Of a DNA stretch of 64,000 bases, positions 13,425-25,579 are shown piece by piece (the first letter of the stretch is position 1; each line of letters begins with the position of its first letter). Position numbers and translations under genes: made by a program. Origin of the DNA: Eledone cirrhosa (Eukaryota); the NCBI GenBank assembly GCA_964016885.1, contig OZ024744.1, positions 49,042,001 to 49,106,000 on the forward strand. The letters run 5' to 3'. Below the pieces are notes generated by a model that saw only the letters and a program-made list of their open reading frames with translations, did not search any database and was not told where the DNA came from.

Positions 13425-13529
13425 ATAATAATAAATTTGAAGACTAAAATCCAAAGAGGGCTTGATAAGGATAAATATAAATCAAATATATAAATCAAAT
13501 ATATAAGAACCGTAGAGCAAATATTTATT

Positions 13530-13646
13530 AAAATAACAGATTAAAGTTTAAGCAAAGAATCGCTGCTTTCACAGATTGATTTTTTTTAGTTTCAGAAGAT
13601 CCCGTTAAGGGTGAAAGCAGCGATTCTTTGCTTAAACTTTAATCTG

Positions 13647-13653
<7 letters not shown>
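13530..13653. repeat. Perfect 43-bp inverted repeat with 38-bp spacer
   Basis: AAAATAACAG...GCTTTCAC at 13530-13572 and its exact reverse complement at 13611-13653; related unfolded copy at 60700-60790. Confidence 0.92.
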
Positions 13654-13677
<24 letters not shown>

Positions 13678-13924
13678 CATATACATGTAGAAGCTTAGTA
13701 AAATCGAAGCTTTGGCTACAGCCAAGCAAAATCGACCTACAATTAGGAATGAGTAGCAAAGCACTCAATAAGGGTAGGCCCTCAGAGTAATAACATATGT
13801 TTAGATAGCTTGACAAATTGAAAATTGCGGTGTGTGTGTGCGCGTATGTTTCTTTTCATGTGTCTATGTGTATATATATATGTATATATATATGTATATA
13901 TATATGTGGGGGGGGGGGGTCCAA

Positions 13925-14535
13925 TGTGCAGAAAGGGAGACTGAAATAGTATGGAAATGTGATGTGTATGGAGGATGACAGCTGCATAAAGAAGTGAAGG
14001 GTACTCAAAGATGGAAACTATCTATGGAAGGGGACAGCATAGGATGATGTGGTAAAAGCTGACCTGACATAGTCAAACCTCTCAAAGGGGATGATACAGG
14101 ATCAAGGTCTCTTGCGATATATTACACATCAGCAGACCTGCCTTCTCATGTATACTGGATGAAACAAGCATGGAGAGGATGGTAATTTGCACCAATCTCC
14201 TTTGTACACCTTTTTCTCATCTTAATACTCGTCCATTCCCACCACCTTCATTATCTAGGTATCCCACCTAAGTCCACCTCAGCTCACTTCCCCCTCTCTC
14301 CACCTTACATGTCCAACAACTCCTACCCCAGCCGAACCCATACAGATATGTCCCACCTTGTACCAGAACAAAATACTTAATTAAGGTTAGGAAAAGCATC
14401 AGACTGGGCAGACCATACCAAAACAAAAAAAAAGGAATGTATCAACTAGATGTGATTACCTGTCCAACCTAATCTAAACTCGCTGGCCTAGGTGAGCATA
14501 GGTGAAATAGATGTCTAATGATGATGATGATGTAT
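13925..14535 (+). mobile_element. Old RTE LINE 3' fragment
   Basis: YGNVMCMEDDSCIKK remnant; GGAAAAGCATCAG tail motif and (GAT)n at ~14520. Confidence 0.65.
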
Positions 14536-14609
14536 TCGCTTACTCCTTTCACATTCCTGACAAACCCTTTTGCAAGTATGCCTAAAAAGCTGGACATTTA
14601 CAACACCTG

Positions 14610-15060
14610 TTCTCCTTCAGTGCTGGTGACATGAGAAAAAGCACCCAGCCCATCCTATATGGTGGTAGTGGTGGAACCATGATATAAAAGCACCCTGTCC
14701 ACCCTGCTAGTGCCACAATAAAAAGCACCCAGCTCACTCTGCAAAATGGTAGTGCTGGTGATATGAGAAAAAGTACCCTGTCCACCTTGTAAGGTGGTCA
14801 TGTTGATGAAACAACAAAAGCCACCCAGTCCATGTGGAAAAGTGGTTGTATGAGTACCACAACAAAAAAGCACCTAGTCCACTCTGTAAGGTGATAATGT
14901 TGGTATCACAATGATAAAGCACCTAGTTCATGCTGTAATGTGTTAGTGGTTGTTCGGAGAGCATCCAGCCATAGAAAATCAAGTGAAAAAACAGATCCGG
15001 AGCACGTTACTTGAGCAGCCACATGCAAGCATGGAAAATAGATGTTAAATAGTGATGATA
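14610..15060 (+). repeat. RTE 3'-UTR-derived array of ~45-55 bp diverged tandem units
   Basis: About 6-7 copies of AAAAGCACCCAGTCCA..TGTAA..TGG, then the GCATCCAGCCATAGAAAA tail; the same unit occurs 2-3 times in RTE and SINE tails elsewhere. Confidence 0.7.
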
Positions 15061-15422
15061 TATATATCAAATAAGAATAGTTAAGACAGGATTATTTCAC
15101 CATAACTGTTTATTGTATGATATATGTTTCTGTTACATCGGTATGCAATCATAGATGCAATCATAGTATATGCAATCATAGATGCAGTTATGCAATCACT
15201 GGGATATGTTGTTTGCCATTTATAACTATCCTGTTGTGATGGCAGCAGGCATGTGATAAATGAATACTCCGTCACACCTAATCACCAACACTTACCTGGG
15301 ATAAACTACTGACTTGAAGTGCTTTTGGATCGCTAGGACCGGCTTATCCCCAAGAAGTTACAACATAACAACTACATGTAAACAACTTATGTTCAGCAAT
15401 ATATATATATATATATATATAT

Positions 15423-15540
15423 ATAGGAAAATGTATGACCCTGACGGCAGAGCTCAAGCCGTTTCGATGGCTATTTCTGAGTTCAGAAATAGCCGTCGAA
15501 ACGGCTTGAGCTCTGCCGTCGGGGTCATACATTTTCCTAT
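15423..15540. repeat. 118-bp near-perfect palindrome
   Basis: 58-bp arms around a GT centre with two T/G differences; related unfolded copy at 15820-15897. Confidence 0.95.
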
Positions 15541-15960
15541 TACCTACTCTACTACCCTAAGTATTCATTATATATATATATACATTAGTAAAACAGACTC
15601 ACTGTTTGGTTTGGTTTTCGCTTCAGTATATATTTCTATTTCTATAAATAATTTTGTTGGCAATCAATGTTTATCTTTGATTAACCAACAGTTAAAAATA
15701 TAAATATAAATATAGTTTCTCAAAGATAGCAAAAAAGACTCCCATAGAAAGATTTTTTTCTGGCAATATTAGGACAACATGACCCTCCCCAAATATAACA
15801 ATATATATATAAAGAGTTAGGACCCCGACAGCTGAGCTCCGGCTGTTTCGACAGCTAGTTCTGAACTCTGTTACCCCCGCTACTACCCTAAGTATCAAGT
15901 ACTCTGGTGCGTTATGGCCCACCTGGTTCCTTACCACACTTCCTTTGTTATATATATATA

Positions 15961-16972
15961 GATTGCCAAGATGGTTCTATAGAAATAGTGGACACCTTCC
16001 GTTACCTGGGTGACAAAATCAGCAGTGGTGGAGAGTGCTCTGAAAGTACAGTAGCTAGAGTCAGAACGGGATGGAAAAAGTTCAGAGAGCTTATACCACT
16101 ATTGGCCGCTAAAGGTTTCTCTCTAAAAATGAAAGGCAGGCTGTATGATGTCTGCATACGAACAGCAATGTTACATGGCAGTGAGACCTGGGCATTGTGT
16201 GCAGAGGATATACGCAGACTGGAGAGAAACGAAGCTTGCATGCTCCGCTGGATGTGTAATAGTAATATACGTGAACGGCAAAGCATAAATGAACTAAGTG
16301 AGAAATTAGGAATAAGAGGGATCAGATGTTGTTTACTCGAGAGAAGACTACGTTGGTATGGTCACGTGATAAGCATGAAAGACGACAGCTGTATAAAAAA
16401 GTGCAGGGTGATCAAAATTGATGGAAGCTACGGAGTAGGTAGACCCAGAAAAACCTGGGACGATTTGATAAATTCCGACCTTACACACTTACACCTCTCC
16501 AAAACAATGACACTGGACCGAGATGTTTGGCACTACGCAGTAATACAGAAGACCCGCCTTGCCTAAGTACAAAGCGAAACTTACAGTCAGTAGGCGCCTC
16601 TTAACCAAAAATACACCGCCATCCCACTACCCCTACCTCCACCCCCATCTACACCACCCCTTTCTCTGTAGAGTTATGTTGGTACCACAACATCCAATCC
16701 TAAATAAATGAGGTCGTGTAGGTGTCACGACAAAAAAACACACAGTCCACGCTGTAATGTGGCCGTGTAGGTAACACGGTAAAAACCTCCCAGTCCACAC
16801 TGTAAACGTGGTTGGTGTTAGGAAGGGCATCCAGCCATAGAAAACCTGCCAGACAGTCCTATATGAGCAAGAAAACCAATCTTGCCTCAAGTGGGACAAT
16901 TCCTGTCTAAACCCATGCTAGCGTGGAAGATAGACGTTAAACGATGATGATGATGATGATGATGATGATGAT
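15961..16972 (+). mobile_element. RTE LINE 3' portion (RT C-terminus + 3' UTR)
   Basis: ORF 15907-16566 (FRYLGD..GWKKFREL..MLHGSETW..GRPRKTW), (GAT)n tail; close relative of 39110-40075. Confidence 0.92.
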
Positions 16973-17214
16973 ATATATATAGGTTAAATTAATAAATTAA
17001 TAAATTGGAAGTTATGTTAGAAGTGAAGAGAATACGATAGGATATAATGGAAGAGGTGAAATATATTTAGGGAAAGAGAATGAAAGAGAGAAAAGTTAGG
17101 AGGTTATGATGTTGATTCATTGATTAGTTGATTTATTGACAGTTAATAATAATAATGGGTTATTATAATAGACTCAGGTGGTACAGTTTGAATTATGGAA
17201 TTGTTGGGTTGAAT

Positions 17215-19590
17215 CAAGTTGGTTTGAAATTAGCAAATTTAGTCGCTGCTTTATGCCTACAGAAAATTGACCGTTAAATTTTGCTGTTAAGCAGCATTTT
17301 GTCATATTTTAAAATATGGAGCAACTCCATATTACAAAGTCCGCAGTGGCACATTCCATTTTCGTAGGCCTTTGCCCCTGACAATTTTGACCAGCTAATC
17401 CAGTATTCTTGGTTTGTATCCGTAAGTTGCCAGATTTTATTGGCGAGCGTTGTTGTGTTCATTAGTTTACGGCTCTTTATAGACTCTATAATATAGAGTG
17501 TCTGTGGACGTACCATCCTTTTTTGAACTCCCCCGCCGTAGAACCTATGTAGTTCCATGCTAAATTGCCTGAATTTATAGTATTTTATTTGACGCCTGGC
17601 ATCTATTTTGAAGCTTTCCTGTGTGCCTGTTCAACGATGTGTTTTGTATGTTGTTATGTATGGGTTGAGATTTGGGTTTGTTGATGTTTTGTTGTGATGC
17701 GTTTTGACGTGCGTGTGGTTGTGGTGTTGTTATGTGTTTGTGATTTGGTGTTATGGTGTTTTTTGTAGGTTATTTTCATTAGAGATTCTTTTATGGTTAA
17801 TTTTATGTATGTGTGATTCTATGTTGGTTGTAGTAGAGTAAGATAGTTTGATAGTATTTCTATTAAAGATTTTATAGTATTTGTGAAGTTTAGGGAAGTG
17901 CTTATCAATTAATTTAAAGAATGTAGAAGGTAGTTTGGTTTTTATAGAGGAGTTAAATATTGGATTGAACCATAAGTATTTCCTATCTCTGGATCTTCTA
18001 TAGTTCCTAGGAGGTCCTTATATTAGTATTCGGTTCATTTATTTCTGGTGCTCGTTGTCTGTTTCTATATTTAGTCCTATATTTGTTATTTCTATAGGTG
18101 TGGGTGTTGTTATTGCTGTTAAGTGTGTTGTTGTTGTTTGTATCTGGTATGTATTTGACCTCTCTTTGTGGCCTGCCTTAAGTAAAGCTATGTTGTAGTA
18201 GTTCGCGTGTTCATTAAAATCTCTAGGTTAGAAGATAAGCGTGAAATTCTAAGGGATGTACTATGTGCTATGGAGTTAATTATGGAGCGAGGGTGGTTTG
18301 AGTTATAACTAATGTAGGATAGATTTTCGTTATTTTTATGGAAGGGCTCTATTAGTCCTGTGTTTAGGTTGAGTGATACATCCAAGAAGTTAGCTTTTTT
18401 AGAGTTGAGTTCGAAAGTGATGTTTAGGCCCAGTTTATTGAAGGTTCTAATCTTTTTACGTAATCTTTCCAAGTTTTGATTATTTAAGTTTTTAACTAAA
18501 AGTAGTGTGTCGTCTCTATAAATTCCTCCCTGGAGGTTATCAAATTCCTTATGTAAGATATGTGCTATATATATTCCAACCATGTCTGTTACTTGAGCTG
18601 AGTCGTTAGATCCCATAGTGATATGAAAGTTATTCTGTCTGTTTTTTCTTTCCAAGTAACTATTATCGAACCTGATGATAGTTATTCTAGCAGCTAGTAT
18701 TATTCTAATTTCACCAGAGGATAGGTCCAAGTTTTTTTTGTGCAAAAGTTAGTGCCTTATTGAACTGACTGGGGAAATAGAGGAGTAGTAGTCATTGATG
18801 TCAAATTGTATGAAGTCGGATGTTTCCTTATTGTCTAATTTGCTAAACCAATCTATCGCTTCGTTAGTGTTACCCCAGAGCTTGATTATTAGTTTGTCTT
18901 TAATTTGTGGTATTATTCTATCTAGTATATACTTGCTAATTCTACCTATATCCGATTTCGATGGGCATATTAATGTAATAGTAGGGTTAGTTTTGAAGTT
19001 GCATTTATGATCTTTCAGATTAAAAGTGGGTTTACAAGAGGTCAGAGGTTCGGTTCTATCAGATATTTTCAGATTTTTTACTGTGTTAAGTCCTTCCTTA
19101 TTAATGCTATTGAGTGTAGATTCTGTAGTTTTCTTGTATTTTTTGTGTAATTCCCGGCGTATAAAGTTGTTGTATGTATTAAGGCTCATGGTGTATACAT
19201 TTGCTGTTTTGTCTGCTTTTACTATAATACCGTTGGTGTTACGCAATTTTTTTAGTAGTCTATTGATGTCATTTTGCAGTTTGTTGTAATGCGTCCGTTT
19301 TTTAATTTGGTTCCGTTTATCATGTTCATGAGGTCAAGTTCGAAGGCATCAAGTTGGAGGTTGTTCGGTGGGTTTTTGCAGGATTTGAACCCATATTTTT
19401 CACTGGTAAATTCATCATCCCTATCAATAGTATTACTACCACAATTATTACTAGTATGTCCTTTATCGTAATGATATGCTTTCCATCGGATTCGACGGAT
19501 AAAGTCATTAATTCTTTGTATCATACCGAGTGTATATTCCCTGTTTGTAGGAATAGGTAAGTTTTTTTAAGGACATGCTTATGTGGTGTC
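17215..19590 (-). pseudogene. PLE reverse transcriptase + GIY-YIG endonuclease (frameshifted)
   Basis: ORF-track pieces 19252-19524, 18749-19246, 18188-18745 and 17274-17558; the CNC..CP segment is deleted in this copy. Confidence 0.85.
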
Positions 19591-19867
19591 TTTCTATGTT
19601 AGTGCCGTGCGTTAATGTTGTTGCTCAGCCCAGTGGGAGCTTGGTATAAGGGATAACAAGTTATCATTATAGGTAACCCAGTTAGAGGTTGTGAATACTC
19701 CGTATTGTGGATAGTTTTAGCGTACGGCGTTGTTTGACTCAACAAGAAGTTTCATTAGGTAGCGAGTATATAAGTTCTCGGGAGTTCCTATGTAAGTTAA
19801 TCTTGGAGTAATAATAGTGAAAGAGTGAAGAATAACAGAGTCAACAGTACAAAAAGGGTTTTATTTA

Positions 19868-19980
19868 CAGTATTAACAATTGTTTCATTGATTAAGTTGT
19901 CTAAAAATTGTTAATCACTTGAAGTTGTGTCACTCAATTTTAATTACAATGCATGCATAACCAAATCATTAGAAACACTG
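19868..19980 (-). ncRNA. Hammerhead ribozyme of the PLE pLTR (core substitution)
   Basis: CAGUGUUU-CUAAUGA-UUUGGUUA...UAAUCAAU-GAAAC-AAUU-GUU-AAUACUG; CUGAUGA is changed to CUAAUGA. Confidence 0.7.
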
Positions 19981-20286
19981 TTTAAAATTATACACGGCGT
20001 TTGTAATATACTAGGGAAATTCAAATTACAACATCAGTAATAAAGAAAGAAAAAGAAAAAGATAGAGAGAAAACGAAAGAAGAAAAAAGAAAAAAGAAAA
20101 AGAAAGAAAAAAAAGAAGAAAAAAAAAAGAATAAATAATAAATAAATGATTATAAATAAGTTATAATGAAGATGATAAAAATAAATAAAAAAGTTATGTG
20201 TGCGAAGAGAAGTGAACATAATATGATTGTTGAAAATAGTTGTGGTGTTGGTGGTTAAAGTATAAAGATGTGACAGTATAAACATG

Positions 20287-20767
20287 TGTAGCGACGTGGT
20301 TAGTCAGTCTGGTCACTACTTCTGATCAGATCCAAGAATAGCCCTTAAAAGGACTGTTATCGCATACGGTCTGATCGGATCTGAGGGTAGTCCTTAAAAG
20401 GACTGTTGCCTCATACGGTAAGGATGAACAGACGAAAGCACAAGTTGAAAGGACGAGCAAGGCGAGAGATGTAGTTTCGGTCAGCTATTTATTTTCATAC
20501 ATGAAGCGACGATACAGAGGTACAAGGCGTGAGTGAGCGACAAGCGTGGCAGAGGAGAGGAACAACGATACGTTAGCTGACTCTGCCAAAGTCGACTGGC
20601 GAAAGTGTTTGGAATCACTCTATTTATACAAAAATAATCGTTTGATGTTTAGCCGCTGCGTAGGCGTTTTATTTTGATAGCTTTAAGGGTTGTTTGTTTC
20701 ACGGTAAGGTAGCTAGCTAAGTAGATAGAATGTTTATTTCATATATGTTATTTCCGGTGGCTGTACA
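20287..20767 (-). repeat. 3' LTR (481 bp)
   Basis: TGTAGCGACG...GGCTGTACA; contains two ~49-bp tandem units. Confidence 0.95.
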
Positions 20768-21751
20768 TTATCCCCCTGCCAGATCTTTTGTACAACAAAA
20801 GAGCGAAATATCGTATAGTAATGAGCCAGTGGTGCATTTGTCATGACAATAGCCCAAGGAGTGTCCAGCACGTTGTGAAGTTTGGTGATCATCGAGTATA
20901 GGACAGAGTCGATGTAAAGATGATATGGCAAGATGTGTGTGTCAGGAAGAGAAAAACAAACAAACAAAAAAAACTATAAAATGACTTTGACCAAATTTAT
21001 GCAGGCGTGATGAATGAGCCTGTTGCAATTTGAATTGAGCTGCCTGTGAATTGCGTGACAAGAAGTCTAACAGGGCAGTGAAAATAACCGTAATGTGTGA
21101 ACTGAATGGCCGTAAGCATGTTGCCTAAAAGTAACAGTTTGCTCCAAAGCATCTGACTTGAGCGAATGCATGTGGTAAAAAATAGCGAGGAATTCTCGAG
21201 CTATTGAGTGAATGTGTACGTGAAAAAAAGAAGGCCAGTGTTTTGAGGATGCGATTTGTGAAATGCGTGATCAAAGAGAAAACATTTTGTAGTGTAAGAG
21301 TTAGAGGGACATAATATCTATTGCTCAGTGTATGAACCAAAGGTGAAACAAACGGGGTTGTGTAGTGTGCATGAAAAACAGAATATGTACACGCCTTGTA
21401 TGTATATAAAAATTATGGCAATTACACAATTAATGTTGCAGAACAAGAAAAATAAAAATGTTTGCAAAACAAGAGAGAGAAGAAAAAAAATGCTATACAC
21501 AATGCTATACACAATGTTTGTTCTTGAATAGTGTTTGTAATAGATAATGTTCATAATAAATAATGTTCTTCGTGACATGAGCACATGGTCACTAAAAATT
21601 GCAATTGTTCAAGCAGAAAGTTCATTGGATTTGAAACTGGAAATAGTAAACAAGGAAAATGGGAATGTTTTGCAAGAAGAATGATTAAGAAACTCACTTG
21701 AGGTTAACGGTAATTCACATATTGTGCCAACTTGGCGGGCCAATGGACACG

Positions 21752-24700
21752 TCATCCACTTCTCATGACTGGAGATGAAACAGGTGGCTTGCTGGGACAG
21801 CAATCTGTTGGAGTTTCTGGTGTAGAGACTGTAACAGTATCCATGATGGCTTTTTTTAATCTGTCCACGCTGACAGAATTCTGTTTACCATCTAGATCGA
21901 GAATAAAATGTTTCGGATATTTTTTTAGAACACGATAAGGGCCAGAATATGGAGGTCGAAGATGAGCTGAGATGGTGTCGTTTCGAACGAAAACGTGTGT
22001 CCAATCTTTAATGTCTGAAGGTACATGTGTGGCCGTGTTCTGTTGACGGGTGCTTGCAGGAGCAAGGTGAGACATATATTGTCGAAGAGTGTGTACGTAT
22101 GATCCTGGGTCTGGAACGTCCTGAGGAGAAATGGGAGCAACCAAATGACCAGGTAGAACCAGGGTGGTGCTGTACACTAATTCTGCAGGTGTGTGTCCGA
22201 ATTCCTCCTTAACGGTGGATCGAATGCCCAGAAGGATGAGTGGCAGGCATTCAAACCAGTGGGTCTTCTCTGGATATTCTTTTATTGCAGCTTTCAATTG
22301 ACGATACCATTAGCTTGCGGGTGATAAGCTGTCGTGCGATTGTGTTTACATCCTAACAGGCGAGTCAGTTCCCTGAAGAGGTGGGAGTCAAATTGGCGTC
22401 CTCTGTCCATTGTTATCTTCGCTGTGGCGCCATAACGTGATACCTAGTGTAAAACCAAAGTTTTAGCGACTGTTTCCGCTGAGGTATCACTTATGGGAAA
22501 AGCCTCAGGCCAACGAGAAAAACAATCTATGCAGGTGAGCAAGTGTGTGCAGTTCTGTGATGGTGGTAGAGGTCCGACGATGTCGATATGCACATGATGA
22601 AAACGTGCATCAGGTTGCGCGAATGTGCCGAGTGGAGTTTTGATGTGTCTGTGGACTTTGGCTTTCTGGCAGGCAATGCAGCTCCTGGACCAGTCGCGCA
22701 CGTCCTTGTTAATGTTAGTCCACACAAAACCAGCAGAGATGTGTTTCTGTGTAGCTCGGATTCCCGGGTGAGACAAGCAGTGTAAAGCAGAAAAAAACTT
22801 GTCGACGATGCATCTGTGGTACGTACGGTCGTTCATGACCGGTAGAAAGGTCGCACCAAATTTGTCCCGGAGAAGAAGGAATGGGAACTTGCTGAAACTT
22901 GAGGGATGGCGAATCTTGGAGCTTGATAAACTCTTCGTCAGTCTCTTGGTCAGCTGCGATCTGTTGAAGGTCGATGCCTGAATGCACATGTATTGCGTTC
23001 AGCTGGATTCGGGACAGGGCGTCGGCTGCTACGTTGTCTGATCCCTTGATATGCCGAATATCAGTTGAATATTGGGAGACAAAATCCAGGTGGCGGAGTT
23101 CTCTCGGTGAATGTCGATCAGGTTTGGTACGGAACGCATAAACTAGTGGTTTATGGTCCGTGTAGATCACGAAATCCGATCCTTCGAGCATGTGACGAAA
23201 ATGTTTAACCGAAAGGTAGGTTGCCAAGAGTTCGCGGCCAAACGTACTGTATTTGGTGTCTGCAGGTTGCAACCGCTTAGAAAAGAAGGATAAGGGTTGC
23301 CAAACGCCGTCGACATGTTGTAAAACGCCTCCAACCCCCGTGTCTGATGCGTCCACTAGCAGCGAAAGATTAGCGCCAGATCTGGGGAAAACGAGCATGG
23401 AAGCGTTTGCCAACATTTCCTTCAGGCGGTTAAAAGATGTTAATTTTTCCTCGTTCAGAGTAATCTCTTCGTTTTTGCGAGTCCGGTTGCGAAGAAGGTC
23501 CGTGAGGAGTCTGGCTGCGTCAGCACAATGAGGGATGAAACGCTTATAAAAATTCACCAAACCGAGGAATTCACGCAGTTCCGAAGTGATGTAGGTGCGG
23601 GAAAATTGCGGATAGCTTCTACTTTCTCGGGAAGTGGACGAATGCCATCTTTATCAATGATGTGTCCGAGAAAGGACAGTGAAGGAACGCCGAGAAGGCA
23701 CTTGCTGGGGTTGATGATGATACCGTACTCGGCCAAACGTTGGAAAAGAAGATCTAAGTGCTTCTCGTGTTCTTGCTCGGAAGTACTTGCTACTAGCACA
23801 CCGTCGATATACGCGTATACAAAGGGTAGATCACGTAACACGGTGTCAATAAACCGTGGAAAGTTTGTGCAGCGTTGCGCAGACCGAACGGAATTCGCAG
23901 GAATTCAAATAAACCGAAAGGTGTCGTGATTGCGGTCTTCGGAATATCTGCAGGCTCCATAGGTATCTGGTTATATGCACGCACCAAATCTACCTTGGAA
24001 AAGATGCGTGCGCCTTGCAGAGAGGCAGAAAAGTCGTGTAAGTGAGGTACAGGGTAATTATCGGGTACTGTGGAATTGTTAAGTGCACGATAATCCCCAC
24101 ATGGTCTCCAATCATTCTCGGTTTTTTAGGAACAAGGTGTAGGGGTGCAGACCAATTGCTGGAGGAAGGGCGAATGATTCCGAGGTCCAGCATGTGTTGA
24201 AACTCCTGTTTGGCGATTCTCAATCAGTCTGGAGGCAGTCTCCTTGGTCGGGCAGCTGTGGATGGTCTTCTTGTCTCGATGTGATGTGTGACACTATGCC
24301 TAATAGGTCCATCCTTAAATACCGGGCGAGTGATGTCTGGGTATTTCTTGAGAATGCCGTTGTAACGCGAAGGCTCTGACTGGCAAATTACAGGGCTCAC
24401 TGTGGATTTCGTGGTAAATATACCTCTCACAGTGAGGATTGTGGTGGTGTCAATAAGCCTCCAGTTCTTCATGTCTACCAGAAGGTTGAAGTGGTGTAGA
24501 AAATCGGCTCCTAAGATAGGGGTCGGCAGGTCTGCCACGACGAACACCCATTGAATACGACGCCTCAGGCCTAAATTGAGGGTCAGTGATTTCTCCCCGA
24601 AAGTCGGAATTGACGATCGGTTCACTGCCTGCAGAAAGGACGGTGTTGGATGTCTTTTGCCCGAGATTAGTGAAACAGGAATAACACTAACCTGGGCTCC

Positions 24701-25071
24701 TGTATCCACGAGGTAACGGATGCCTGTCGCTTGGTCGTTGATAAAAAAATAGACGACTTTTCTTCTCAGTACCAGGGGTGAACGACGTCGCTAGGCCCTG
24801 GGTGGTATTCTGGAAAGAGCACGGGACCTTGAACTTAGATGCCTGCGCGCCGAATTCTGCGTGATACCAGCAGAAGTTGCCAGACACACGATTTTAACTG
24901 GGACTTCTGGATCTTCGACTGTGAAAAGGCCTGGATCGACTGTTGCTGCGTCGCCGGTGTGTTTGAAAGGTCAGGTTCTCTACTTGATTTGAGAGGGCTT
25001 TAATTTGACCAGCCGCTCTCTGATCATAGCTCGCAGCTCTGAAATCTCGGCCCCTGTCGTTGGTTGTGACA
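21752..25071 (-). pseudogene. gag-pol remnant (Gag C-terminus, protease, RT, RNase H, integrase)
   Basis: CWYHAEFGAQASKFKVPC; DTGAQVS; [11 protein letters not shown]; YIDG (from YIDD); VDASDTGVG..ELLA..TDHKPL; HPG..C..C; HIDIVGPL; GPY motif; multiple frameshifts. Confidence 0.92.
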
Positions 25072-25104
25072 TGTCCATGTTGGTATCTTCTTATGCCTCT
25101 GTCT

Positions 25105-25136
25105 GGTTGCGTGTTCGAATCACGTCGGGGTCACCA
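25105..25136 (-). promoter_or_regulatory. Primer-binding site complementary to tRNA-Trp 3' end (extended)
   Basis: Minus strand reads TGGTGACCCCGACGTGATTCGAACACGCAACC 2 nt inside the 5' LTR; plus strand shows a T arm GCGTG-TTCGAAT-CACGT and CCA. Confidence 0.9.
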
Positions 25137-25138
25137 AT

Positions 25139-25575
25139 TGTAGCGACGTGGTTAGTCAGTCTGGTCACTACTTCTGATCAGATCCGAGAATAGCCCTTAA
25201 AAGGACTGTTGTCTCATACGGTAAGGATGAACAGACGAAAGCACAAGTTGAAAGGACGAGCAAGGCGAGAGATGTAGTTTCGGTCAGCTATTTATTTTCA
25301 TACATGAAGCGACGATACAGAGGTACAAGGCGTGTGTGAGTGACAAGTGTGGCAGAGGAGAGGAACAACGATACGTTAGCTGACTCTGCCAAAGTCGACT
25401 GGCGAAAGTGTTTGGAATCACTCTATTTATACAAAAATAATCGTTTGATGTTTAACCGCTGCGTAGGCGTTTTATTTTGGTAGCTTTAAGGGTTGTTTGT
25501 TTCACGGTGAGGTCGCTAGCTAAGCAGATAAATTGAGCTGTTTATTTCACAGATGTTATTTCCGGTGGCTGTACA
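25139..25575 (-). repeat. 5' LTR (437 bp)
   Basis: Direct repeat of 20287-20767 with only one ~49-bp unit. Confidence 0.95.
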
Positions 25576-25579
25576 CATG

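Larger units (their letters stand above)
16981..20282 (-). mobile_element. Penelope-like element, Naiad-type, fragmented ORF
   Basis: IRWKAY, KADKT, KDHK, DINDYYSSIS, ITMGS, YRDD, FLDV and C-terminal CGLC..E..LLN..CRHK over ORFs 19524 to 17274; hammerhead in the upstream pLTR. Confidence 0.9.
20287..25575 (-). mobile_element. Ty3/Gypsy LTR retrotransposon, CsRn1-type
   Basis: TG...CA LTRs at both ends, 4-bp TSD CATG (20283-86, 25576-79), tRNA-Trp PBS, CHCC-like Gag motif, DTG protease, RT-RH-IN order, purine tract GGCAGGGGGA next to the 3' LTR. Confidence 0.95.

Noticed and set aside
14610-14960. Repeat-spacer-like array resembling CRISPR
   Set aside because: The units are degenerate along their whole length, match RTE 3' UTR modules, and the context is eukaryotic with no cas genes.
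17100-19590. Selenocysteine recoding or SECIS in the Naiad-type PLE
   Set aside because: The breaks I could read are TAA stops or frameshifts (the TAA at 17274 is GAA in the second copy), and I saw no SECIS-like stem after the stop; a SECISearch run on the consensus would be needed.
20318-20330. CTTCTGATC in the LTR complementary to the tRNA-Trp anticodon arm
   Set aside because: A 9-nt match on the wrong strand to pair with the primer on the genomic RNA; likely chance.
25105-25136. tRNA-Trp gene
   Set aside because: Only the 3' part with encoded CCA is present, next to an LTR; it is a primer-binding site.
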